Assembly: GCF_048593235.1 (NCBI RefSeq)
Contig: NC_133618.1
Location: 511,085,675-511,149,674 of the forward strand
Source: Sminthopsis crassicaudata
Lineage: Eukaryota
Direction: 5' to 3'
DNA: 64,000 nt
Part shown: in pieces, positions 24,201-36,680 of the stretch
Position numbering within the stretch: position 1 is the first letter of the stretch
Layout of the letters: each line of letters begins with the position of its first letter
The notes under the pieces: model-generated
What the model was told of the DNA's origin: nothing
Databases searched by the model: none
The model's input: only the letters and a program-made list of their open reading frames with translations
Position numbers and translations under genes: made by a program

Positions 24201-26458
24201 AAAGCAGGAATCTAAGTCTGACACACTTGAATTGTAATAGAATTGTGATAGAAGATGAAGGACTTGGAAAACTATAAGTGCAACCACTCTAAGGTGCCTG
24301 CTGTGGCTCTTTGAATCTACAGTGAATCTCACCATCCACCATGAGCCATTCTAAGTCCTTTCCCCTCACCTTTCAAGCTCTGATCCTGAAAACCAACGGT
24401 TTGATTTCAGATCATAGCAAAAAAGTCTAGACAATAGGAAAAAGGATATAAGCTAGAAAGAGGTAAAATGGGATTAAGAGCTAGGATCCAAGGTCGACCA
24501 CAAGAGGGCAATGTGATTCCATAACCTGAATCTGGCAGAGCAGAAAGCCGTCCTAACTGGCTTGTGCTGAGGTCATCCTGTTCCCACACCTGGCAGTAGG
24601 CCAGGCTAGACAGATGTGAATCCTTTGTGCTAAGAGAGTCTTAGTGGAAGTACATTCCCATCCATCATGTCCCTTGGGCCACTTTCTAACAGGCAGGAAA
24701 AGGCCCGAAGATAGATTCTCATCCTCATTTATGAAGACTAGAAATGTCTCTTCCAAGACGGTGCATTACTTCGCAGAGCTAGCTAATGCTTGTACAGGCT
24801 GGTAGACTCTTGCCTTGCCTTAAGTTCCCACCAAAACATTTGTGGAAAAAGAACCACTCTCATTTCAGATTTCTCTATTTAAGGATGCTAGGGATTTTTT
24901 CCTCACAAAGCTAAACTTCATTATTGGACAGTTGCTCCTTTTGCCAGTCCTGAATATAATCTTCCCAAATCAGCTCACTATTTAACAATAGCTTGCTGTC
25001 TGAGCGTCCATTCTCTTACCGCTAAGTGTGAAAGGCAGCACCATAAAACTAGGACACCTAAATATAGAGGACACAAAAATTTAACATCTAATTCCTTCTC
25101 CTCTAAAATGTGTTACTTCCTGTATTATGTTCATTTCATGAAATAAAAAGTTGATATTAAGTATAGATACAAATATATAGCTAGATAGTTGATTTTTGAG
25201 GCCTCCTTGCTGCTTGCCCAAGTGCCTAAATACTCTAGTAGAAGGAAACAATACTGATTTAATGCGGTGCTTTTTTTGTTCATAGTACAGTACATTATTC
25301 TTTGCTTTGTACTGCAAGGAATCACAGCTGGCTCAAAGTCTAAATTAGCAACACTAAAGGAGAATCAAGAGACACGCTTTGCAGCTGAAGTCTAAATTTC
25401 ATACCATTCTCTGGTTTACATGAGCACAATTACACTGTTGCAAGTTGCATTCCACTTGTGGCACACCTAGGAAAGTAAGCACTTTGAGAAACACTGATTC
25501 AGTGTAGCTATTGGCCTATTGACATTATAACATGCCTTGTAAAGTTTTAGTGAAACTGTTCAAGAATCAAGACCAAGATGTTCTCTTAGTCTGCTCTGGA
25601 TTCAACTTTTTCCTTCTCATCAGTGAATGGATCACTCGGCATGCCTTCCAGAGAACCAAATTCTATTTGCCTGCCTGCCCCTGGTTTTCCTGATACAAGC
25701 TAGTACACTTCCTTGGTCCTTTTCCAGCAGGATTACAGTACCAGTGTCTCTATAAAGTGGGTAATATTCTGTCCTTCAAGAACACAGTGGCCTTGTATGT
25801 AGTGGATTCTGATGATTCTTAAAAGTCCTTTAGTAATACTTATAATTCTAAGATGTTGGCCCTCTCCCTTCTTAATTTTCAAAAGTTCATGTGAAATAAT
25901 CTAACAGCCCCCTTTACGTTCCTTACACGGAGTTGAGCATGGAGTTCTGAAACAAAGCACACTGTAAATAATTGTGCCCAGCTTCAGTGGATCAGTTTGC
26001 CACATATTCTTTGACTTTCGGTAACCATCATGCCCTAAGGCAAGACTTTAGGGTCTTTGAGAACTCAAGTCTCCAAACTTATTAAGAAACCATTATATAT
26101 GCCTAGTGATAACTGAGAATCCTAAATGGAGGGGGGACTTCAAAGTAGAGATTAATGACTGACAGTTTACCTTTCTTCTTAGAGATGGCAATGACAGCCT
26201 GCCTGGATTCCTGTAGCATTTTTTTCAAGTTTTTCCCTCTTTCCCTGACTAAAAATCTGGATAAGTAGTAGATTGAGGGGTTTTACCATTCATCATGATT
26301 TGTGAAGCTAATCATCTCTTGAGTGGTGAAGGCCATACCATATTTTGGCAGGTTGTCTGTTTTACATATTTTATTAATGTGTAAGAAATTTTAAGGAAAT
26401 CTAGTGCTTTCTTTTATACACACAGAGTGAACACTGGTCCTCAGTCTTGTCTACACAA

Positions 26459-26464
26459 TTTATT
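26459..26464 (-). terminator. NDRG2 distal polyadenylation signal (candidate)
   Basis: TTTATT on + (AATAAA on -), giving a 3' UTR of about 0.88 kb. Confidence 0.5.
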
Positions 26465-26926
26465 GTTACAAAGGGAGTTTGTGAGGGACAATGGGCTCAT
26501 AGGGGGCAATTTCCCCTCTACTATAATGTGGTCAGAGCCCCCAGACACTTACCCTGCTCCCTAGGCAATCCTGCCCACTCCTCATGGCAAGTCTAAAGCA
26601 GCACAGCCTTAATCTGGGCCCCCCCACCTCACTCCATAAAAACTGGTAACTATAGAGTTAGTGCAGCCAAGCGGCCCCAGCTCCCTCCCCACTCCAGCTC
26701 CTGCCTCCAGCTTGCACGTTCACTCACACTCACCACCTGCCACTACTATTTCTTCTCTATCATTTGGACATCCCCATTGCAATCATAGGGCCTTTACTGA
26801 CCCTGAATACCCAATAAGTTTCCTAAACACTCATACTGTCACTCACACAGCCATCCCCATTAGGGGAATAAGGATTAATCAGAATCAGCATTAGCAACTC
26901 CATCCCCAGTGGGTTCCCCAGATGCC

Positions 26927-26932
26927 TTTATT
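26927..26932 (-). terminator. NDRG2 proximal polyadenylation signal (candidate)
   Basis: TTTATT on + (AATAAA on -), giving a 3' UTR of about 0.41 kb. Confidence 0.45.
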
Positions 26933-27321
26933 ACACTGCATCGTGGGTTAGAAAAAAATAATTTGAGCTGGGGTGCAGCAACCTCTTTTCCCTCATATGA
27001 AGGTTCCTGGATCAAGGAATAGCATGTCCCCTCTACGTCTTTCTCCAAAATAAGGAGACTATCCAGGAATGAAAAGTCGGGTCTGGGTCCCTAAGAGATA
27101 TTAGGATCTCTCTCCCAGGGTTTGGGGAGGGGGGGGTCCACAAGTTAGAGGTCAAGGTTAGGGTAGAAATCAAAAGGTCAAAGTCATCTCCCTGCAGAAT
27201 TTGTCCCACCTCTCTCTCTTGTTCTCTCTCCGGCCTATCACCCTTATATACCCCCTGGGTTAGATCTGGAGGGCTGGGGGGAGGTTCGGGCCAGGTCCTT
27301 CAAAAGGGGAGGGAGGGATGC

Positions 27322-29520
27322 TCAACAAGAGACCTCCATAGTATGTCCTGGAGACCCTGAAGGAACAGTCCCAGATTCGCTGCTCTGAGAGACAGTTCGA
27401 GAACGGCCGCCATCAATCGAAGCTCTACTGGTCAGAGAGGCAGTTCGGGACCGAGATAAACGGGTCATACAGGAAGACGCCACTGTTGAGATTGGAGGCA
27501 GTTGTTTATGAAAAAGTTGTTAAATGATAAAGGGAAAATAAAAATCAAAAATATGAGTATCAGGAAAAAAGAGCTGGCATAGATAAGGAAGGCAAGAGCA
27601 AGAACTGGGGGATACTAGAAAGAAGAAAGACAAAGGGCTCATGACAGGAGAAAGAGGTCAAGGAGAATTGAGGCAGGAAACAGGAAACGGAAGAGAGAGA
27701 CATATAGACAAACTCCAGCTCCAGCCCCAACCTCTCCACTCCCCACACCCCCAGTTCTTCTCTTCTGAAGGGGACCCAGAATCAGAATTCTTAACACAAA
27801 GAAAGAAACCTTGATCTCCCTCTTCTGCCCTACAAGTCATACTCACTGTAGCCCATGCCTTGAACAAAATACTTGAAGGCTTCAGTCAGCTTGCCTGGCT
27901 GTAAAGGTATGGTACAGAAGCAGTCAAGGAGCGTTGAGGAATTCAGGACTGAAGGAGGATAAACTGGGGCTTACAGGTAACAGGGAACTCACCTGGGTCA
28001 GCTGGGGCTGACCTCCAGAATCTGCCATCTATTTGGGAGAAATTTACAAAAGCAAGATGATTTGGACAAACTAAGTCATGAGACCGGAGCAAGAACATAT
28101 TTCTAAACCCCTACTCTTCAAAAGAATCCCCACCTAAACCTCTACTCTTCAAAAGAGTCCCCCTCTTTTGCTTTTAATCAGTCTTTCTAACTTTATCTCA
28201 CCCCCCCTCCCACATTCAGCTGAACAAGGCCCAGAAGACCAAGAAAACTAAGACGAGAGAAGCTGAGGACTAAGAAACAGCAGGACCATGAGTCATGGAC
28301 AGGAGAAGGGCAGTCAGAGCTGGGAGGGAGTGGTGACTGACCTTGAGGAAAGAGGTCTTGGTTGGGTCCAGCTTCGAATTACATTCCACCTGATTCGGAG
28401 AAGACAAGATGAGGGAGGATCCCTAGCTTCTGAGAATCTTAATTTCCCAACTCCTGAAGCAGGGCCCACCAAATGCTCCCCCCTCCCACCCCCACCCCCC
28501 CGTCTGAAAACTTCAAGTTATATAAGATCACAGATTAAGAACAGGAGGGGACAAGACCCTATGAAGTTAGCTAAACCAACCCCCAAAAAAGTCATTTGCC
28601 CAAGGTCACACAAGTGACAGAGCTAATATCTGAGCCCTGATCTCCCCCCTCCAAATCAAGCACGCCTTCCTCTTCTACCATTCTGCCATTTTGATACTGA
28701 CTCCTTCCCCCTCAAAACAAAGCTCTGATATGTTTGCTCCAGAGCCTAGAGATTAGGTAAACCCTTTAAGTCCACTACCCTAAGACCCAATTCTAGAATA
28801 TCCCACTGACCACAGCATCTTCATAGGGTGCCTGGTCTCCCACCACAAGCATCACAGGGCACCTGAATAAATAATAAATTTAGTATTAATAATAATAATA
28901 AAGAGTAGGGAATTTGGCTGCCTCCTTGGGGAAGGCAACTGAATAATTGTTTAATATGAAGGTGACCTTAACTGGGGACTATCCCCTATAACCCTCATCC
29001 CAACCCCTACACTTCCCATTTCTCAGTTTCAAAGAAGGAAAAGTCTAGAAAAGTGGTTTTGGGAGACAAGTCGGGAGATGTGTGAAAATCAAGGGGAAAT
29101 CTAGACCACTCGGCCAGCAATTTGGCATCAAATTTTCTAAGACGTGTGGGTACTTTGGGGAAATGCAGGGAGAATATCAGAGAGCATGGATCCTGGAAGA
29201 TCTTACTTGAGGGTTGAATCTCCCCTACGCTCAAAATGCAGGTCTCGGCGGCTAGAGGCAAAAGAAGAAAAGGAGGGGGGTAATTAGAGGCATGATCCTC
29301 TCCCTATTCAGAGAAAGGTTACCATCCCCCAAGGTCCCCAAAACAGAAATGACTGTGACTGAATCATGGGGAATGGAGGAAGTGGTAAACTAAATGAGAT
29401 GGGTTGGGCTTAATTGTTTGGGTCTCAAAAACTTGAAATAAGAGAGCCTCTGCATGGTGTGTAATGTATGGTGTTCTGTGTAATTGGGGGGGGGGGCAGT
29501 GTGTGGTATGGGAAGGCTAA

Positions 29521-29555
<35 letters not shown>

Positions 29556-32500
29556 TGTGATGTAATTATCTAAATGCTGGGAAACCAGAAACCTATCACC
29601 GCCTCCAAAAAAAGGAATTCCTTCCACTCTTTCCGGCCTGCCCCAGGTGTAGCTGCAGTTGCAAAGACTCCCATTAGGTACCTATTTTAATTGACCTCTA
29701 TGTCCATCTCCCATGTGTATGTCCCACCCCCCCTTCATTTTGTTCTCTTCCCATTTGCTGCAATAACAGTAATATATTTACTCAATCTCCGCCCCCACAC
29801 ACACATATATAATGCTGCTCAGTTACTTGTTGTAGCTGTTCCAGAAGAGCTCAATGTTCTCTAGGTTGGGGGCATGCATAATAACATCTCGATACCGTTG
29901 CACCAGTTCAGAGTGACCAGACAACTCTTCCTGGAAAAGAGGAGGGAGGTGGGATGAAAAGGAAGAAAAGATTCTGGCTAGCAGGGAAGCCATCATTACC
30001 AGATGTCCCAGGAGCCCTTAGTCTTTCCTCATTTGGTCTTGTCTCCTCTAGGAAAGGTGATGAAGCTCCCAAGAATCCCTTGTGGTTCCCTTCTCTCCCC
30101 CAAGTTGCCATGATTCCTACTGACATCCCAGTACCTGACTGAAGAGGTGCCCAAGGATCATCTCAGGGATGGAGGAGGTGAGGCCGGTCAGCTATAGGAA
30201 GAAGACTAGGTAAGAGATGGCACAGGAGGAAGGGGGAATTCTCATTAGAACCCCCTGTCCCATCCTGGTAGAGTCAGGGCTTCCCACTTCACTCCCACCA
30301 GCCCCCTTTCTTTTTTCACTTTGGACACACTTCTAATACAAAGCTTAAGAGAGCTCCCCAACGTGGGGGAACATTCATCTGTATAATATGTCCTACGATC
30401 CTTGTCTGCTTCCCTCTCCCCTGACATATCCAGACATCCCACTTGTCCCTCCAAACCTTGTGGGCAGCCCAGTCCATCCAGCCCTTAGCATTGCAATCAA
30501 TGTTGATGAGAACAAGACCTTCCACTACATCTGGGTTTGAAAGCTTAGGAACAATAAAGAGAAGAAAGTTTAAATCTCCCCTACCCTTCCAATTCAGACT
30601 CCCTTCCCTAAATCCCCTGAATTATCTTTCCCTCATCTTGGCATCTCCCTCTTTTCTTACAGCAAATCGAGACAGGATATAGGCTCCAGCTCCGACCCCA
30701 ACTCCAATTATGGTAGAGAAGCTGTGAGGGGAAAGAAAATTAGAGTAGAAGATGAGAGACAAAGAAGGAACTGTCGTGTTCCAAATCTCCCTTACCAACA
30801 AGCGCTAAAATTCAAGAGAGGTAGAGAGCCATAAGGCTTACAGGAAGCCCGGCCCTTTGTTCTCAGGACTAACTTGCCTTCTGCCCTCTCCCCACCTTAG
30901 TCAGCTTAGAAAACCAAGGCTTCTAAAAGTCTCTGAAATCCCCTCACCCAGAAAAGGAAGAGATAAATCCAGACATGGAGAAAAGAAAACTGGAGGTAGA
31001 TTTGAAAGCAAGAAACAGGAAAAGTAAGAAAGTACTTAAGAGTGAAGAGCAGATGATCCCAAATCATTCCTATCTCTCATCTAAATTTTAATCTGATCCA
31101 ACAGTACAGGATTCCTTTCAGGATGATAGAACTCAGTACTCTGATAAGACATATTGATAATAATAATAATAATAATAGCTAGCATTTTGTATCACTCATT
31201 ATGTGCCAGGCACTGTGCTAAGAGCTCTATAAATATTATCTCATTCCATCTTCATAACAACCTGGAAAGGAGGTGCTATTATTATCCCCATTTTATAGAT
31301 GAGGAAATTGAGGCCACACAACTAGTATGTGTTTGAGGTTTGATTTAACTCAGTTCTCCCTGATGCCAAACCTAGCTACCATTAGTCTTTCTCCAAGCTG
31401 ACTTCAACCTCAGGTCCTTGGCTTTTCTTCCTTATAGTGTCAGGTGTCCCTTGGACACCCTTTGCTCAAACTCTGACTAAGGTGCATCTTATCTCACAGT
31501 GAAGAAGCTGAGTAGATGTGACTCACAACATGGGTATATACAACAATGACCAGTCCTTCTTTTTCACTTACAACAATTCAACTGTTCAGATCTCCCTCCC
31601 TCCTTCCCCTAAGACCACAGGCAGTCACGGTAGGAGCCATCCTCTACAGGGTGGGGCAGATGAAAACAAGTGTAGGCAGCAAGAAAGGAAAAAATCTGGA
31701 TATGACTGATCAGAAGGGGTCTGACCGAGCAAAAAATAAAAGGGGGGGCTAACCATAAAAAACTACTCTCCCAATTCACTGTGCCCCACCCTACCCTCCC
31801 ATAGCTTTTCCAACTTGGTTCTATTTTTGGTTTTGATCCTATTTTGCATACTGAGAATATAGAAAGAAGCACAGACTCTCACAGGCAGTGAAAACTTAAG
31901 ACTAGAGATGAAAGGTGATACAGATACTGTGAGCGGTTGAGGGAAACGAGAAAAGCAGAGCTGGCCAATTCTGTGATGAACACAAAGAGGGCTAAGAACA
32001 GGACCGAGAACATGCAACTCTGCATACCAAGGACCGAGGGAGGAGGAGAGAGAAGGGGAAAGGACAGGTTCGTCTGGTTCCTCAGGATTTGTCACCCCCT
32101 TCCCCTTTACTTCTAGCTTCCTGATCAGAAGGGGCCCCTCCCCAGTCTGCAGATCAAGAGTACTAAGGAAACTCTCATAAACTCAGAACCAACATTAAAC
32201 CTCTTTCTCCTTTTTCCCCTTCTCACCAACCTAGGCACCCCAGTCAGACCCATCTGTTTTGGTTTCACCCTCTGGAACCCAACTTAAATCTCCAATCATC
32301 TCCATCCATCCCCAACAGTAACCACCTATAAGATATGAATGTGGACAGGAGAGACAAAATGCCCAAGAGTAGAAATCATAACTTGGGATGGAAGATAGGG
32401 AATACTTGTTTTAGTGGGGGAAGAGAAGAATCTCCAGGCGACTCACTTTAAGTATTGCAGGATAGCAGGGATCATTTCTGCAAGCTGGTCCAAAGATGGA

Positions 32501-34091
32501 TACTGGTACCTGAGGGAGATGGAAATATTAAGCCTTCTGAAATTCCTAATATCCCACCACCTCTTATCCCCTAATGACCATCTCTTCTTCCCCTTTCACT
32601 TCTCCTAGCTGTTGGTCCTCTGTCTCCCCCCCCCCCCCACCATTTGTTCATAAGCAGATATCTGGTTATCATAAATTGAAAGGGTTCTTACCCCAGAGGA
32701 AACACAGGTGCTCCATCCTCCATGCCAGGGGCCTCCACATGAACACGAACGAAGTTCTTGATAATTTCCTGCATGTCTCCAAAATCAAACAGGGGCTTGA
32801 AGCAAGTCTTATCTGAGGAGATTCCCCCAAAAAAAACACCCAGACAAAGGAATTAATCAGGGAGAGAAAATCCCATGAGCCAGACCCCAAACACCTTCCC
32901 AGGAAAGAGTCAGACTGGGGAAGATCTTCCATGTTTGTTCATCTCTACCCCTTCCTCCTGGGCTACCTGTTCCCCTGACCTCTTCCCTACATGGAGGAAG
33001 AGGTTTCAAAGGGAGTGTGTTGGGAGTAGAGGGTGGCTTAGATGGGAGATACCAGTATCAGACACAGGCCTATAACAAAGGAGAAAGTAGGGCTGAGAAT
33101 GAGGATATATGAAGAATTCTAGAGGAACTGCTTACAATTGAGTCCTACATCATGGTAGGTGAAGATCGCTGGACGCTTGGGTTTGGGGGTGCCAAAGACA
33201 GTGAAAGTGACGGAGCCATAGGGGGTCTCCACAGAGTGAGTCTGTGAGGAACAGAGATCAGAGTCAAGATGAAGTTAGACGAAGAGGGCAGAAGTCAAGG
33301 GGAAAGTCAGATCAGGGTTGGGGGACAGGGAAGAAGAGCAAGAGTGAAAGAAGTGAGATCAGAGCACAGGAAGAAAATTACATCAGAGAAAGTTAAGTTG
33401 AGGATTTAGTAACATGGAAAATCAATATGGGGATGAGTCAGATTAAGAGAAAAAATAAGAGAACCAGGGAACTCCAAGAAAAGAGAAAATGGGGAGAGAG
33501 GAGAAAAGGGGAATGGAACCTACTGTGATAGGAAAAAAAAAAAAAAAAAAAAACAGAAAGGGGAGGGAAAGGAAGTTAAGAAATCAAGACTGACTGGAAG
33601 CTTCTCTCTAATTGCCAAAGGGAGAGGGGTATGAATCCCTACCCTTCCCACCCTGGGTCTGCCCCAAACTGTTACCTGTCCTTGGTCCAAGAGAATTCGG
33701 GCAGCTAATTCAGCCTCCTGGAGAGATACACAGAGACACGGACAGAGCCATGGACAGCAAGAGATATAGACAGAAATATAGGTGAAGAAGGGTAGACAAA
33801 GATCAACTCAAAAACAAAAGAGATAAAGAATTGACAGAGACAGAGAAAATGGTGGTTAGTGTGGGGAATGGTGTTAGGGGCATGGGCAGAAGACTACCAG
33901 CACAGGGATGGGGACTAGAGTCCAAGCGATGATGTTTGGGAGGAGAGAAACTAGGGTATAAATCAAGGGAAGGGTCTTCATGTCTAGTATTTGGGGATCA
34001 GAGGGTATCCAGCAACCTTGGCAGCTTCGGGAGTCTGTCCTGGTAACAGTGGTTTCTCCTCAGTAATATGCACCTCCTGTAACTCCGCCAT
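27322..34091 (-). CDS. NDRG2: N-myc downstream-regulated gene 2 protein, 369 aa
   Basis: Exons (high to low): 34091-34017, 33717-33676, 33241-33136, 32812-32692, 32509-32447, 30721-30661, 30543-30457, 30191-30135, 29930-29827, 29251-29207, 28862-28811, 28389-28342, 28028-27993, 27898-27847 and 27482-27322 (1110 nt, GT-AG). Kozak GCCACCATGG; [25 protein letters not shown]...[13 protein letters not shown]...[10 protein letters not shown]...[12 protein letters not shown]...HTMEVSC matches NDRG2. Confidence 0.97.
29523..29552 (+). repeat. (GT)15 microsatellite in an NDRG2 intron
   Basis: Direct reading. Confidence 0.95.
31160..31385 (-). mobile_element. MIR SINE
   Basis: (TAA)n tail, GTGCCAGGCACTGTGCTAAG, CCCCATTTTATAGATGAGGAAATTGAGG core. 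Confidence 0.75.
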
Positions 34092-34885
34092 GGTGGCCTG
34101 AGAAGATATGAGGTGAGGGAGGAGAGAAAAAAGGGAGTTTGTGAGAATTTAATTCTCCTTAGAAACTGCCTTTTCCCCACACCTTGGTCTGTCCCCAAAT
34201 ATTTGTCCATGACATCCCCTTTAAAACTATCTTCTCAGAAAATGGAACAATGCAATAGGACTTGGAACATGTGAGGATGAAATCCATTAATATGACATGG
34301 ACAAATCCTAGCCACATTTGACATTTTCTCACATTACAAAGTGGGAAATTTGGAGATATGGGTAAGGACTACAGATATGCTACACTACTGCCACCAATCC
34401 TTCTTTTTCCTCTCCTCTGTCCAGGACAGAAATACCCAGGGAGGGGCAGTGGGACAGCTCATGTTTCCTGAGCCTATATTTAGGGTCTCCCCCCTCCCTC
34501 CTCCACCCTGGATCAGAGGCTGCCCCCAGATGCAGGGGAGTGGGATTGGTGGGCTCAAGGAACCAAGTAGTCCAAAGGTCTACACCCAAGGTACAAAGAA
34601 GGAGAGTCCATAACTGATTGTGACCTTCAGTTCCCAGCCCCCCAAGGTCAGTGGCTGGAAAAAGGGATCAAAGTGCCCAGAACAACAACAACCAGAAAGG
34701 AGGAAAAGGTTGAACTTTTGGGGGACATAGCCCTCTACTTAACACCATCCCTTACTTCCCTCTACCAATGGTCCATGAATAATAAATTCATATGCCAACT
34801 TTAAGTGGATTATTGGGGGGGGGGGGTAAGACAGACAGACAGAGTAGGATCAGCTGCAGACAGGGCAGTGGGTGGGGTCACTTAC

Positions 34886-34954
34886 TGGATTCTTATTGGC
34901 CAGATGCAGCCGGGTTAAGGGTGACTGGGTTCTCGCTCTTTTCAGTCCAGGGGT
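34886..34954 (-). other. NDRG2: NDRG2 non-coding 5' UTR exon (69 nt)
   Basis: Polypyrimidine acceptor CTCTTCAG| and donor |GTAAGT; the sequence (GAGAACCC...CTGCATCTGGCCAATAAGAATCCA) resembles my recollection of the human NDRG2 5' UTR. Confidence 0.7.
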
Positions 34955-35887
34955 CTGAAGAGACACAGAGAAGAGGTGAGTGACCCCAGGGGCAAGACCT
35001 TGGCATTTTAGGGAGGGTAGCCTCAACTAGGCCCAACATTACTGACTACTTTTCTTCTCAGAGACCCCCGTGATGGCAATAAGGTTTCCTCAAACCCAAA
35101 GATAGTCTTCCTTTCTTCCTTTTCAGGAATTCTGACCATAGTTTTTTTGATTTTTTCTGGATATTTTTAAGGACTCGGTAAAGGAATGGGGGGTAGGAAC
35201 AAAAAGGGCAAGGCCTTGAGGGCAGAAGGCCCGAGCACCCGATGGAAGTGTGCTTATTAAACACCTCCTCTGTGCCAGACATTAAACACTGGACTCCTGA
35301 CGGCTGGGGGTCTAATCACTGCTCTTGCACCACTAGACTCGAGACTCCAGGTAAACCGTTCCCACTCTTCTGTCAGAGAACTGGCCTCCAGAGCCCTTCC
35401 AGTCGGCCTCTAAAACCCTCTGGGTGACCATGGGAGAGAGTACCCATTCTCTCAGCTACTCCAAAGGCCCCTCTCCCCCCAAACCTAAGTCAGTGCTGGG
35501 AGGGATGGGGGCCGGTTGGGTCCCGGGGATGGCCCCACGTCGGCGCCGGATCCGAGTCTGGGGTCTGGCAAGTGGCTCCTCCCGCTTCCACCACCCTCCG
35601 GGCCGGGCTCCGCTCAGCGCCCGAGACCCGTTCCCGCGTGCCCGGACACGCTGCCCATTCATGTGGTCGAAGCCACCCACTCGTGACTGACTAAGACGCG
35701 CAGGTACGAGCCGCCGGGCTCACACACGCCCGGCGGAGCGGAGCGCTTTGTACTCTTCGCCAGCCGCTGCCCAGCTCCGCGCCCGCTCCCGCCCTCCTCG
35801 CAGGCCCCAAGCTCGCCCTCGCCCTCCCTCCCTCCGGCCCCACGGACCCCACCGACCCCCGACGGGGCGGCCCGCCCCTCCCCCTAC

Positions 35888-35940
35888 CTGCTGCCGCGGT
35901 CTCAGCCGCCGATTCCACCTTCACTCGTCTTTGACTCCGG
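35888..35940 (-). other. NDRG2: NDRG2 alternative first exon (candidate A; 5' end approximate)
   Basis: ...GAGTCAAAGACGAGTGAAGGTGGAATCGGCGG...GCAGCAG|GTAGGG donor, directly downstream of a GC-box cluster. Confidence 0.6.
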
Positions 35941-36614
35941 CCCGCCCCAACTCCCCGCCCTCAAGACCCGCCCAACAAACGCTCGCCGCTGGACCGCTTC
36001 CCCAGCCTGTCCGGGACCCGCCCGCTCCTAAAACCCGCCCCAGAAGCCCCCGATAAACACGCCCTTCCCGTTTGACCCTGCCCCAGATCTGGGCCCCCCA
36101 CCAGGGTGGGCTCACAGCGAGGGTCCCGGGCGGCGGCGGGAGCAGGACCGTACAGGACCGCCAGGATGGCAGGCGCTCCACCTCGGTCTCCCCTCGACAA
36201 TAATCGGGAAAGAACGAGGGAGGGGGCGTCGTTCCAGGAGGTGATGCCCCCCACAAAGTCGTGGGCGGGCCCCCACCCTCTCTCCCGACACCTGCTCTTC
36301 CTCCCCAACCCCCGGGTTCTAGCTTCGACTCCAGACCTCTTTCCCGAAGTCCTCCTCCCCGGCCGCCCCCTCCCTCGCTTATCCTGTGTCTCTCCGGCCG
36401 GGGGATTTGAGGACCCTACCCCAGCCCCAAACACCAGCGCTTTTCCCCAAAGGCGCCTGAGTCAGGAGAGGGGCGAGCAGAGGTGGAAGAGGAGACGATC
36501 GGAGCTGAAGAGGAGGGAGGGTGGGCTCAGAGGAGAGGAGGGGAGGCCCGGGGTCAGGGGCCTCGGAGAGCCTCGGGAGGTCCAGCCCCGGCGTGCCTGG
36601 GGGGGTCCTGATAC

Positions 36615-36680
36615 CTCTGTTCTCTGCGTCCCGAGGTTGCCTACTCTGCTCCGGAGCGAGTAGTTGGAAAACAAGCCCGG
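36615..36680 (-). other. NDRG2: NDRG2 alternative first exon (candidate B; 5' end approximate)
   Basis: Starts about 25-30 nt downstream of a minus-strand TATTTATA (36706-36713) and ends in AGAG|GTATCA. Confidence 0.55.
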
